In this document: positions 40,301 to 49,067 of the stretch, piece after piece | How positions within the stretch are numbered: position 1 is the first letter of the stretch | Layout of the letters: the number at the start of each line of letters is the position of its first letter | Origin: a virus | Lineage: Duplodnaviria; Caudoviricetes | Direction: 5' to 3' (one strand) | Virus record (IMG/VR): IMGVR_UViG_3300037041_001560 | Coordinates: 1 to 59,352 of that record | Length of the DNA: 59,352 bases | Translations under genes and position numbers: made by a program | Notes under the pieces: generated by a model | Told to the model about the DNA's origin: nothing | Database searches by the model: none | The model's input: only the letters and a program-made list of their open reading frames with translations

Positions 40301-43300
40301 AGGTAGTCGCTATGATTACTTATAAGGCTGATTTAGATACTAAACAAGAAGACCTTTCTAAAGAAATTGAAAGAAGAACAAAGGCTGGGGAAGACTTGGG
40401 TGACCTTTTGGTTGAATACAAGGACTTGCAGGTCGAAATAGACAATTACGACATTGCAGCTGTTATCACAGCTCAGCAACAGTCATTAGCATTCCGTCTT
40501 CGCAGATATCTTCTTGACAGAGAGTACAACATTACTGTACAAATTAATCGTTACAAGCAAACAAACGGCGGAACAATCCCTGAATCTGTACTCGCTAAGT
40601 TTAAGAAGCTTAATGAAACGATTAAGGATTTGCGTGAGAAGATTAAGGATGCTGAAGCTGTTAAGTATGAAGAAGATTCTAAGGCTGCTATGCAAAACAT
40701 CATCGAAGATGTAGAGCGTGAAAATAAGGCTAACGGTCCTAAATTATATACAGAGCAAGAGCTCGAAGATAAAATTAGAGAAGGAGTTCAGAAGGAAATT
40801 GATGGCATCTATTCAAAGATGCCAGCTGAAAAGAAAAGCAAAGCTCAACGAGTTGTAGATGCTCTCGATAATATTCAACGTAAACTTCGTAGTAAGACAT
40901 ATGATGCAAGCTTAGGAGTTCCCGTAGCTTTCATTGATGCGGGAATTACTGCAATTAAGAATGCTATCAAGCTTGGTATAGAAGTAGAGAAGGCTATTGA
41001 GATTGGAATTAAAACAATCAAGGACAAGCTCAATGGTGCTAAGTGGGATAAGGAGGCTGACTTCCGTAAGGATATGATGGAAGGTTTTAAAGAGGAGGGA
41101 GTTGATGTTAAAAAAACAAAAGAAGTAAAGGCTAGGATTAATGATGATGGCACAATAACAATTCCCAACAAAGACATCCGTGATTTTGTATCTCAGGGAA
41201 TTGAAGACATTGATGATTTGGCTGATGCTATATTAAATAAGTATCAAGCAGAACTTCCCGGCGTATCATCAAGACAAGTAAGAGATGCTATTACTAAGTA
41301 TGGTAAAGAAGTATCCCAAACTAGAGATGATATTTCAATAAAGCTTGGAAGAGCAAAAAGAGTCGGAAGACTGCTTTCAGAACTTGAGGATTTAAGAACT
41401 ATGGATAAGGGTGCTTTCTTGCTGAAGTACCAAAGAGTTAAACCCGCCCAAGACAAGATATCTGAAAGAGAGAAGAATCTTAAATATCTTATTCGTCAAT
41501 TGGGACGGGAAATTATGGGTGATGAGTCACTTCCCGACAACTATGACGAGCAAAAAGCCCTTGATACAGCCAAGAACAGAATTTCTCGTAGAATTGAAGA
41601 GCTAAGAGACAAAATTAAAAGAGGAGATTTTTCTAAAAAGCAAAAACGCAGAGTTCAGGCTGACCAAGAACTTGTTGACCTTCAATCTCAACTCGAAAAA
41701 ACTAAGTCTGAATTTGATTTAGAGCATGAAAAGAATGAGCAAAAGAATAAAAAATGGTATCAAAAAGCTGGTGACTTTGTATTAGAATTATTTAGCGGAA
41801 TACCAAGAACATTGGTTACTGGATTTGACTTTGGTATCGTGTTTACTCAGGGTATAAGAAAAGTATTTACAAATCCTGTCATGTCTGCAAAGGCATTTGT
41901 AGAGGCTGGTAAACAGTTCTTCTCTGAGTCTAGGCAGAAAAAGATGGAGAATGAGCTAAAAGTTTCTGGAGCATATGCATTGATTAAAAATTCAGGTCTA
42001 TCAATAACGGAAGGTGTAGAAAAAGCTTCGGCTCAAGAACAGATATTTATAGTTAATTATGTTAACTTAATTTGGGATGCGTTTGCTCGTGTTATCACTT
42101 TGAATTATAAGCCGGGAACTGAACTTGTAAAAGCAATGAATCCATTCAAAGCTTCCCAAAGATTTTTTGATGGATATTTGAACTACATAAGAATTAATTC
42201 ATTCTTGAATCTGTCAAATGCTATTGATAAAAACGGATATACGCCTGAAACTCATCCGGAAATTTACAAAGCTGCTGCTGAATTTGTAAATACCACTACC
42301 GGTAAGGGTGCTAAGAATATTCCAAAAAGTCTTGGTTTCTTAATGTTCTCTGCATCTAAAGTTGCATCTGAATTAAAACTATATACACCTTATGCATTTT
42401 ATTATTACGCTAAAATGCCTAAAGCCGTAAGGAACAGAGCTATGTTGGAGTTTGGAACATTTGCTTTGAGTTTTAGTACAGCTATGTTGCTTTTAAGAGC
42501 TGCACTTGACCAAGGTCAAGGCGATGATGAGGATGATGAGTTTTGGGATATCAATAGCAGTAATTTCTTGACATTTAAGTTTGGAAATCAGCGGGTGTCG
42601 TTTGCGGCTGGTGCTCGTCCAACTCTTGTGTTTATGGGTCGATTATTTAGTGGCGTGTATGTTGACCAGTATGGTCAAGAATCAAAATTGGGCGAAAGAA
42701 CTGGTAAGCAAATTAATACTAAATTCGACCTTATTGTTAGATTCTTTACTGCCAAAGCGGCTCCAGTTCCCGCAGCTGCTATACAATACCTAGATAAGAA
42801 AGCTGGCGTAGAAGTAGAGGATGATGTATTTAAAAATCTTGTATTGCCAATGTGGTTGCAAGATTCTCAAGAATTGTACGCTCAGAATCCAAAAGAAATA
42901 GGAGCTCTTTATACTCTTCTTTCACTTATCGGGGCAAACATAAGAACCGTGGAAGGTTATACTGAAAGGGAATATAAAATGCCTCAGAAGATTTCTTATA
43001 CAGATGATTATAGTAGGAAGAGGGAAGCTGTATTAACGGATGAGCAAAAAGCTGACTTCCAAAAAATGTTTGACGAAAAGTTCAAAAAGAATATAGAGGA
43101 TATAAAAAATTCTGAATCTTATAAAAATTTAACTAGTGAAAACGATAAAATATTCTTTGATGTGACATTTGGTAAGAAAGCAAAAGACGATGCTGAATCT
43201 GATGCAAAGAAGGAATTGATTAGAAAGTATCGTGGTCCATTTAGTGAATTCCCAATAATAAGAGAAACCCCAGAAGAGAAAGAAATAAATAGAATTCTGA

Positions 43301-43323
43301 ACAGAGGGGAAAAGAAGCCATAA
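34327..43323 (+). CDS. giant ejection / polyvalent protein (2998 aa)
   Basis: Size, position, helical composition, internal repeats and an HhH-like domain. Confidence 0.75.
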   Translation: MAENIYTGQNEDPKYRKKVYDILSSNFEDFKLSESDFYKKLDSDTGYAPKVYKVLKDNFADFEKPEKDFMSLVGPSKKKDLFGKITTSVGQLQKEAGEALGGVKKGLETVASAAAQYETKVPRTSGPVEEKVKVEVEEKLDPNDLVGSFKKRLAPLAAPSIPGADATYVRPNMDAIFSEQERKRPEVAKKLEQEKNYKDLKNAFLTDENLSVTQLMKATGLSAEAIKGASREDIMKMARPGNETDKLAAESVAEAQDINAAFSQSRNLEEAAIRLAASKDPQIARQLEITSRKAPAKNLQEIVSGTKDIMADPKTMFGEVTIGRFIYQLATNPIAVQQIEKNPNLKKQFKETLPLLINKYPDFGKSYLGNVISQKMEDMGMNNALLNIVTKEETDKVVEQLSNEGKMSPAEVQFYKDNMREGGIRNFAKTIVGEQLYKTPGLLERTAESAVAGVKALGSGAGELTGIRQGLVGERDMVATDIAVKDAAVNIRPSTTINEMTAYGGDFLGHMLSPGLLGKGLTAAKVFRNPDNAIKALFGLQAFGNYMPQARAMFPGENLKQRAYAGILSGFEIATENIFRDRKVIDGLVGKVKPQVAKVIRQFTDKEISGAAARETVEGAIRGAIKSIPQYTKYFAKGVGENTFEETVTQLGQQLTDGVFTGKKFSDWLNGEELFETARISALGSTFIAGLSARADMIASKGITAKMVYDMAEKPDYWIAKIKEGATLDPDLAADADDKIANLEYASKVRQDLESTNLSEKQKIKYLINALEANVKSKSSQGITDPVLKKKAEQQAKEVEKQQEAILNGDDQGEIEGDLSDEVVEPAGEVPQQTLFEQISKRIEEIDAEEKGAAGEVAPEVPQTVEQLRAAEQAEYAAMADPNDEVKRQEIYDRYDKLITPLLEKEKEVSEAAPVPSIIEVKSPKEVKQGDTIVWRGEDFIVEEVNPKGGFNLRNAADRTNTVKDARITDEEFQGKRGEVAAVPKVEKFGVGFAPFREKNVFTEEEDVDIRTSPDYQLHQENVQKVAQGLGIKINNKLDTWGGYVDSETGNPVQEVSNIMEIEATPEQARVMAAILGKAAPEMQDSVLLGNYNENGAGFEHIVKTGSFANAKEAIKLLKDNELQYFSVDKNSGDVIILDLEATDTPKIINLVKQLNENGIPAKHKYGKVNAEFIGSGDYDGIIEAERSRVGAETGFDIDAFVQEAAGKYDAIKAARTQPVVTEVQKSIADKIRGLKIDLSKLGDGGAQSNIAGLPVALYNTVVEAVALAVEAGVAVNKAINDAVKQYKLDKAKDFDKDVLAREILKGIEITEPQVNPVYFENLKKFASESSFDNKIQFKNSIQSLFAKYLPELKAKFGKDFDPSNYDERARKYLVDLVTRESLNAIKKHPEAIGWYDEKTQSALDVISAIHPEIAIDAEARGAFILPLAIMSNGNKVDFNFELAEKQYQFFKDNGRFNPDGEFGLQQSGIKKSLMLINSLLDNGLTMSGINKFLTSKYRAGDLKIKIDGKVKDLASGELADEQVYGAVILGPKIGNGFYMNLWGQFDQLTMDRWFMRTWGRMTGTLIEKDAAGIAEGKKRLSKALDEIKKDSEALAILKSLLPKISSLSIQDLAKSIEKVSMDKKKRAELSSNPKTDELRKAANSLSKNLSGEKEAPSTGKERRFIREVFTDVVNDLKNKYGIEISMADLQAALWYPEKILYESFKGGETFEAAAEGYTSDSAPDYLNAAKKLATKLGVNEEQINQTLSRGRERAERIAGEGYPEGGRAISESYQDILGRVKEAIGEKPATEKVRAAAKTVRSLKIKQEGLQANIAGIPIALYNAALETIATALEAGASLTDAIREAIRKHKLNKQKDFDSDTFVKQLESVTGQTVEKIGGKYAIQIEAAGEVPVQPKAGVSEEVEGGVPGAKPKAAPEEGKAEGEEEKVRVSGIKKGLVSQEILSRVNLNTVGDKELLESGRAIIESGEVKPKTVVNRVIDGGQGVLTPAEVVAMITYKADLDTKQEDLSKEIERRTKAGEDLGDLLVEYKDLQVEIDNYDIAAVITAQQQSLAFRLRRYLLDREYNITVQINRYKQTNGGTIPESVLAKFKKLNETIKDLREKIKDAEAVKYEEDSKAAMQNIIEDVERENKANGPKLYTEQELEDKIREGVQKEIDGIYSKMPAEKKSKAQRVVDALDNIQRKLRSKTYDASLGVPVAFIDAGITAIKNAIKLGIEVEKAIEIGIKTIKDKLNGAKWDKEADFRKDMMEGFKEEGVDVKKTKEVKARINDDGTITIPNKDIRDFVSQGIEDIDDLADAILNKYQAELPGVSSRQVRDAITKYGKEVSQTRDDISIKLGRAKRVGRLLSELEDLRTMDKGAFLLKYQRVKPAQDKISEREKNLKYLIRQLGREIMGDESLPDNYDEQKALDTAKNRISRRIEELRDKIKRGDFSKKQKRRVQADQELVDLQSQLEKTKSEFDLEHEKNEQKNKKWYQKAGDFVLELFSGIPRTLVTGFDFGIVFTQGIRKVFTNPVMSAKAFVEAGKQFFSESRQKKMENELKVSGAYALIKNSGLSITEGVEKASAQEQIFIVNYVNLIWDAFARVITLNYKPGTELVKAMNPFKASQRFFDGYLNYIRINSFLNLSNAIDKNGYTPETHPEIYKAAAEFVNTTTGKGAKNIPKSLGFLMFSASKVASELKLYTPYAFYYYAKMPKAVRNRAMLEFGTFALSFSTAMLLLRAALDQGQGDDEDDEFWDINSSNFLTFKFGNQRVSFAAGARPTLVFMGRLFSGVYVDQYGQESKLGERTGKQINTKFDLIVRFFTAKAAPVPAAAIQYLDKKAGVEVEDDVFKNLVLPMWLQDSQELYAQNPKEIGALYTLLSLIGANIRTVEGYTEREYKMPQKISYTDDYSRKREAVLTDEQKADFQKMFDEKFKKNIEDIKNSESYKNLTSENDKIFFDVTFGKKAKDDAESDAKKELIRKYRGPFSEFPIIRETPEEKEINRILNRGEKKP

Positions 43324-43372
43324 GGAAATGATTATAAAAAACCTTAATTTTGATACATAAAATACAGATAAA

Positions 43373-43900
43373 ATGCCATTAGTTCCCAATTTTTCAACTA
43401 GTCAATCAGCGGGGAGCCCTTCTGTTATAACTATAACTGATACGTCCACGGGAAGTGATGTTGCTGTTACCCAGCGCCGAGTCTATCTTTTGGACTGGCA
43501 GGGGAATTATGTCGTTCCTTCAGGTACTACTACTAACTATATCCAATGGCCTATCGCACAAGCGACAATTAATATTGATTGCTTGACTCAAGATATGGCT
43601 TTGGAGGTGACCGTTGAATGGTTGAACGTAAGCAATGTGGCTTTGTATGATAAGACTGAATTGGTAGGATTTACTCTTTACAATGAGACTTTCTACTATG
43701 CCCTGACGCAAGCACAAGCTGCTGCTTCAACTCCCACAACTATCCTACAAGATACGTCATTCCTGCAAAATAAGTCTAATCTTCGTTTGTTTATTGATAG
43801 CGGGAATCAAGCAGTCACGCTGGGATACGATATCGTATCTGCTCAGCAGTGCTATAACTTGGCTACCAACTTAAATACTAACCAAGACCTCTATTACTAA
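43373..43900 (+). CDS. tail hub / fibre adaptor protein
   Basis: ITITDTSTGSD motif; follows TAATTTTG promoter-like element. Confidence 0.55.
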   Translation: MPLVPNFSTSQSAGSPSVITITDTSTGSDVAVTQRRVYLLDWQGNYVVPSGTTTNYIQWPIAQATINIDCLTQDMALEVTVEWLNVSNVALYDKTELVGFTLYNETFYYALTQAQAAASTPTTILQDTSFLQNKSNLRLFIDSGNQAVTLGYDIVSAQQCYNLATNLNTNQDLYY

Positions 43901-44421
43901 TGCCACTAACAGTAGCCCAGATAATTGACATTGCCAAGATATCGCAGTATCTGGCGCAGAATGATGTTCTGAAGGGAAATCTTTTCTCTCCTCCTGTGGC
44001 TAGAACTACGCCGCAGATTCTTTATTTAGAGCGCAAGGCAGTAGAATGGATGTACAATATTGACCCAGCGAACACTTCCCTTGTACAAACCTCTCAATAT
44101 CTATACAGCCTTTGCAGAGGATATAATTTGCAAGCACAACAAATTTCGGGAACTGCTGGTGCAATATCTCCAGTCGTCCCTGCTCAGATTCCAAATCCAT
44201 ATGATTTTGAAGTAACAGCTAGTTCGTTGATTGCAGATGGTCAATCAACTGTTACGTTAAATGCATTTATAGGATTCAACGTATTATTTGTTCGCAACGG
44301 AATACCTCAATCTACTATCAATACTGGGGGAAGCTACTACTCTTGGGTAAAGGCTACTGGTGTATTTACCATTTCCCCGGCAGCGGTATTAGGAGAAAGT
44401 TTTGCCATATACCCAATTTAA
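43900..44421 (+). CDS. tail-associated structural protein
   Basis: TAATG-coupled 173 aa ORF. Confidence 0.55.
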   Translation: MPLTVAQIIDIAKISQYLAQNDVLKGNLFSPPVARTTPQILYLERKAVEWMYNIDPANTSLVQTSQYLYSLCRGYNLQAQQISGTAGAISPVVPAQIPNPYDFEVTASSLIADGQSTVTLNAFIGFNVLFVRNGIPQSTINTGGSYYSWVKATGVFTISPAAVLGESFAIYPI

Positions 44422-45176
44422 TGGATTCATTGTTAAATGATATAAAACATTGGGTTATCTACAAAATAACCAGTCCAACCGAAAGAGTTTATATAGGCAA
44501 AACGTCTAATTGGAATAATAGATATTCTAATTATAAGCACTTTACGGTAGCAAAACAAGTTCATAAACAAAGAATGTTGTATGCATCTTTGCTAAAATAC
44601 GGGTTCGAATCTCATAAATTAGAAAAAATAGATGAATTTGATTCTGATGCAAATTATTGTTCAGGGAAGGAGATGTTTTGGATAAGGTCTTATATGTCAA
44701 ATAACTGTAAATATCCAGAAATTGGTGGGATGAATTTGACTGATGGTGGTGATGGTAATCTTGGATGGAAAAGACCCAAAGAGAGTATTGAAGAAATAAG
44801 AAAAAAAAATACAGGTAAGGTTAGGTCAAAAGAAATTAGAGAAAAAATGTCTAAAAGTAAAATAGGCAATAAAAATGGTTGTGGTAAAAAATTAACAGAA
44901 GAGCATAAAAGAATTTTATCAGAATGTAATAAAAATAAAAAAGGAGATATTAAGTTTAAAAAAACGTGTAAAGATAGGGCTGCAAGAATAAACAATCAAA
45001 ATGGAAAGATAATAATACATTTAGACGAACATAATAATATAATTAATACATTTGATTTTTTATATGAAGCAGCATATTTTTTTGAAGTATCTGAAAGTGC
45101 AATGAGAGATTATATCAATAAAAAAAGAGTGTCTAAAAAAATAAGTGCCATTTTGAAATATAAAAAAGATTTGTGA
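44421..45176 (+). CDS. GIY-YIG homing endonuclease with NUMOD3 repeats
   Basis: VIYKITSPTERVYIGKT, NLTDGGDG, SKEIREKMSKSKIG; ATG at 44421. Confidence 0.9.
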   Translation: MDSLLNDIKHWVIYKITSPTERVYIGKTSNWNNRYSNYKHFTVAKQVHKQRMLYASLLKYGFESHKLEKIDEFDSDANYCSGKEMFWIRSYMSNNCKYPEIGGMNLTDGGDGNLGWKRPKESIEEIRKKNTGKVRSKEIREKMSKSKIGNKNGCGKKLTEEHKRILSECNKNKKGDIKFKKTCKDRAARINNQNGKIIIHLDEHNNIINTFDFLYEAAYFFEVSESAMRDYINKKRVSKKISAILKYKKDL

Positions 45177-47854
45177 TGAAGAAAATATTCTTACTTATTC
45201 TTGGGTTCGTAATGTTTAAGGTGGGGTATTCGCAATACCCCATTCAACAATTTATTGGGGCCGACAGCGCTGTTGTCACCTCTAAGGGTGGTATGCAGGG
45301 TCGTTTTATAAACGTAGTTTTCCCAGATACTACTACTGCCAATTCCCAACGGATACGTCAATATGCCGGGGCTATGATTTATGCCGCAGGGAAGTTGTGG
45401 GTCAGAAACACCACAGCTACTGGATGGAATGAATTGGCTTACAACATTACACCTGTAAATATTTACAATTCAAACGGTTCCCTAACATCAAACAGAACAC
45501 TTGATGGAAATGGATATAGCCTGACATTTGACCAAATTGGCGGGGAATTCGGGGTGGGAGCTGATAGTATTAATTTTGCTCCTGCTTCAGGTAAATTTAG
45601 AATAAGTACCTTAAATCAGGGAATAGGTACTAAAGCTTTACGATATAACCCAGTAACAAAACTTATTACATATTCTGATACAACAAGTTCTGTAAATATT
45701 TATAATTCAGATGGTACTCTTACGGGAAATCGTGAACTTGATGGGGATGGCAATAATCTTACTTTTACAGCAGTAAATAAATTTGAGTTTTCGGGTGATA
45801 GCCTTTATTATTTTCTTGACCCAGCGGGGAACTTAAGGATAAAGCTCGGTAATCAGCAGCTTACTATGCAGGGTGACACGGCTTCCCTTTCTAGAAGAAT
45901 ATCTTACACAGGAAATCTTGGTTCTTCATTTACTAAACATAGCATTGTAGATAAAAATTATGTGGATAGTGTAGCTTCCGTGGCTTCTGGAACTGTTACC
46001 TCTGTGGCTACCAACAACGGAACAGGAATAACAGGAGGGACCATTACAACTACGGGTACTCTTGCCATTGATACTGCCCTTATTTCAACCCGTGCTTGGC
46101 GACAAAAAGGAATTGATAGTGTCACTTCCCTCATCAATGCAAGACCATCAGGCTCAGGAACTACCAACTATATTCCTAAGTGGACAAGTTCAACTGCATT
46201 GGGGAATTCACAGATATTTGATAATGGAACTAACGTAGGAATAGGTATTACTTCGCCAAGTGCAAGACTTCACGTTCAAAATGGTGCATTGACATCTACT
46301 GTTACTTGGAATGCAGCAGATGGTGTAATAATATCAGGAACAAATTTTGGTGGTTTGCAGCTTCAGTCACCAAGTGGAAGTGGCGAAGGTTTTATAGGAT
46401 TTTCAAGTGCATCTGTTAGAAATTTCGGCTTTATACAATATAGCAATTCTACACATAGGATGTCATTTGCGACATCAACAGACGGCTCCTCGTCAGGTAC
46501 TACCAAAATGCAAATAACGCAATCTGGGCGATTACTTTTGGGAACTACGACCGAATCGACTTATTTGCTCGATGTCAACGGAACTGCAAGAGTTCGTGAA
46601 TATCTCTATATGGTGCGTCAAGATGGTGCTGCAACTATTGATGCTTTGAGATATGTAACAGGGGGAACTATTGACATAGGAACTACATTTAGGGTACTCG
46701 GAACAAATTCATGGAACAACACAACATCTTCAACATCATATATTCAAAACGGATATACTACTAAAAACTTTGTTTCAACACCAAGTCAAAACGGTTCCTT
46801 TTCTTCTTTTGATTTTTCAAATTCAGGTCCATTTTCTCCAACAATCCCTAACCCATACACGCAAAAGTTGATAAATGGTGCAATGACTATAAATAGCACT
46901 GCCGCAACAAATAGTTTTCACGGTATTTCTATATCTGCAACAGACAATTCATCATCAATTGCAAACAATGTTTTTGCAGTATATGCTGATGCCACACTTG
47001 GAACAAATACTTCTGCAACTCGTTGGGCAGGGTATTTTGTTGGGAATGGATATTTTAGCGGAAACGTAGGTATAGGTACTACTTCCCCATCTTACAAGTT
47101 AGATGTCAACGGAACTGCAAGATTCAGCGGAACAGAACTGCGTTTGGATAACGGAACAACAGGAACACTTAACATCTATTCAAATACTCCATCGATTCAG
47201 TTTTTTAGTGCAGACCCAACTGGTTATCGGTTTTACAGGTCAGGAACTGGAATGTTTTGGAATTCAGCTGGAAGTATAGCTACACAAATATCAGGCAATG
47301 ATGCATATACTTTGGATGCATCAGTTGGACATATTTGGAGAACTGCTTTAAGTGGTGGTGCTGCAACTGCAAGATTGACAACTGGCGGAAATTTAATCGT
47401 CGGCGGAACAACAGATGCGGGATATCGTGCCGATATTCAGGGAACTTTTAGAAGCAACCACAATGGATACGGTATTGTATTAACAAGCACAACGGGTAAC
47501 AGATTGCGATGGATTGACAATGGCACATTTCGTTGGGCAATAGGTAGCCAAACTATACAAGGAGGAGAACTTGCAAATAGTTTTAATTTTTATAGTGGAA
47601 CAAATAGTGCGACACAAGTTTCAATTGCAGCAGATGGGGCAGTTATGATAGGAGTACCTTTCCCAATTTCATCAAACTATGCACCATCAGCAATTTTACA
47701 AGCAGCAAGCACAACAAGAGGTTTCTTACCTCCTAGAATGACCAATGCACAAATGGTGGCAATCGCATCCCCAGCCGCTGGGTTGGTTGTTTACGATACC
47801 ACAAACAATAAGTTGAATGTTTACGATGGAACGAATTGGGTAACACTTCACTAA
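45176..47854 (+). CDS. tail fibre-like protein with N-terminal signal peptide
   Basis: SGTVTSVAT, GTTNYIPKWT, NVGIGTTSPS.KLDVNG fibre repeats; MKKIFLLILGFVMFKVGYSQ N-terminus. Confidence 0.8.
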   Translation: MKKIFLLILGFVMFKVGYSQYPIQQFIGADSAVVTSKGGMQGRFINVVFPDTTTANSQRIRQYAGAMIYAAGKLWVRNTTATGWNELAYNITPVNIYNSNGSLTSNRTLDGNGYSLTFDQIGGEFGVGADSINFAPASGKFRISTLNQGIGTKALRYNPVTKLITYSDTTSSVNIYNSDGTLTGNRELDGDGNNLTFTAVNKFEFSGDSLYYFLDPAGNLRIKLGNQQLTMQGDTASLSRRISYTGNLGSSFTKHSIVDKNYVDSVASVASGTVTSVATNNGTGITGGTITTTGTLAIDTALISTRAWRQKGIDSVTSLINARPSGSGTTNYIPKWTSSTALGNSQIFDNGTNVGIGITSPSARLHVQNGALTSTVTWNAADGVIISGTNFGGLQLQSPSGSGEGFIGFSSASVRNFGFIQYSNSTHRMSFATSTDGSSSGTTKMQITQSGRLLLGTTTESTYLLDVNGTARVREYLYMVRQDGAATIDALRYVTGGTIDIGTTFRVLGTNSWNNTTSSTSYIQNGYTTKNFVSTPSQNGSFSSFDFSNSGPFSPTIPNPYTQKLINGAMTINSTAATNSFHGISISATDNSSSIANNVFAVYADATLGTNTSATRWAGYFVGNGYFSGNVGIGTTSPSYKLDVNGTARFSGTELRLDNGTTGTLNIYSNTPSIQFFSADPTGYRFYRSGTGMFWNSAGSIATQISGNDAYTLDASVGHIWRTALSGGAATARLTTGGNLIVGGTTDAGYRADIQGTFRSNHNGYGIVLTSTTGNRLRWIDNGTFRWAIGSQTIQGGELANSFNFYSGTNSATQVSIAADGAVMIGVPFPISSNYAPSAILQAASTTRGFLPPRMTNAQMVAIASPAAGLVVYDTTNNKLNVYDGTNWVTLH

Positions 47855-47903
47855 TTAAAATAAAATCCTTAATTTTACACCATAAAACCCTTAATTTAGA
47901 ACC

Positions 47904-48281
47904 ATGAAAAAGTTAATGTTAGTATTGGGAATTGTTTGTTTTGGACTGGTAGGGAAGTCGCAAACCATTGACTCAACTGTAACCAGCATTACGGCTGTAT
48001 ACATTCAGCCTATCAAAGCTCAGTTCACCGATTCCCTTCTTTCAACAAATCTTGGAGTACGGGTTATTTCCGATGACCTCAAGACTACCGCTATTTTGTA
48101 TTGGGAATTGCTTATGTCCAATGGAGCCGTATCCGTAAACGGAAACTATACCATGACTGGAGCGGACTATACTGCTTGGTGCAACGCATCAAACCCAGTT
48201 CCCTGCAACATTTGGCCTTTCACCGTAGTTGGGAAAGCATACAATCTCACCTTTACCTCTGGCCCTGCATCCAAGAAATAA
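47904..48281 (+). CDS. fibre-associated protein with signal peptide
   Basis: MKKLMLVLGIVCFGLVGKSQ; IQPI...DDLKTTAILYWEL...GNYTMTGADYTAW. Confidence 0.65.
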   Translation: MKKLMLVLGIVCFGLVGKSQTIDSTVTSITAVYIQPIKAQFTDSLLSTNLGVRVISDDLKTTAILYWELLMSNGAVSVNGNYTMTGADYTAWCNASNPVPCNIWPFTVVGKAYNLTFTSGPASKK

Positions 48282-48306
48282 AAATTAAAAACTAAACAAT
48301 AAACAA

Positions 48307-48561
48307 ATGAAAATCACAACAAAAATTGGTCTTTTAGTTTGCCTTTTGGCTTTTGTACTAAGTTCTTTTGCCTTCAAAGGGCAAGAAGAACCCAAGACTC
48401 TGAAATTTGAATTTACTTTGGAAGAGGTGAATGTTATTTTCGAAGGACTTGGGGAATTGCCTGCAAAAAAATCAGAAGCTCTTCGCGGTAAGATTTATCA
48501 AACTGCACAAGAACAATTAAAAGCTCAAGAACAACCTCAATCACTTCCCAAGAAAAACTAA
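48307..48561 (+). CDS. fibre chaperone-like protein with signal peptide
   Basis: MKITTKIGLLVCLLAFVLSSFA; FTLEEVNVIFEGLGELP...KI..Q helical motif. Confidence 0.6.
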   Translation: MKITTKIGLLVCLLAFVLSSFAFKGQEEPKTLKFEFTLEEVNVIFEGLGELPAKKSEALRGKIYQTAQEQLKAQEQPQSLPKKN

Positions 48562-48570
48562 TAAATAAAA

Positions 48571-48753
48571 ATGGAAACCCCGGTATCAGTAGGTAACGCA
48601 CACGCAAGTTTATTTGTATCAATTTTTACCGCTGCGGTATCTTTTGCTGATGCCGGGGAAGCCATGAAAAGTTTGGCTGGGCTTATTTCAATTGTGGCTG
48701 GGGTAATGGCAATTCGTTATTATTATCACGCAACTAAAAATGTAAAAAAATGA
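48571..48753 (+). CDS. small membrane protein (holin/antiholin candidate)
   Basis: Two hydrophobic segments, basic C-terminus. Confidence 0.55.
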   Translation: METPVSVGNAHASLFVSIFTAAVSFADAGEAMKSLAGLISIVAGVMAIRYYYHATKNVKK

Positions 48754-49067
48754 ATTACACTAATTTAGTATTGTTTGCCCTCGGATTGTTCGGAATCTTA
48801 ATCCATAACCTGATTAAGGTTGATACAATCAATCGCCAATCTGAAGGTCACTTTAACTTTAAGAAGTTTATTTCTTTGGAGTGGCCATCAATTGCCATCA
48901 GTTTTTCAGTTGTTGGTGTATGCTTGATTGCCAAACACGAAGTGAAGCAACTTGAAGAAGTAGGGAACTGGCTGGGCTTGGCCTTCGTTACAATCGGGTA
49001 CACAGCTCAATCAATTGTATATAAATACTTGGGAAATGCTGAAAAGAAAATAAAAGGAGATGCATAA
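48750..49067 (+). CDS. holin candidate
   Basis: Three hydrophobic segments, in lysis cluster. Confidence 0.6.
   Translation: MNYTNLVLFALGLFGILIHNLIKVDTINRQSEGHFNFKKFISLEWPSIAISFSVVGVCLIAKHEVKQLEEVGNWLGLAFVTIGYTAQSIVYKYLGNAEKKIKGDA

Noticed and set aside
45176-47854. Diversity-generating retroelement acting on the fibre
   Set aside because: No reverse transcriptase and no adenine-specific TR/VR pair seen
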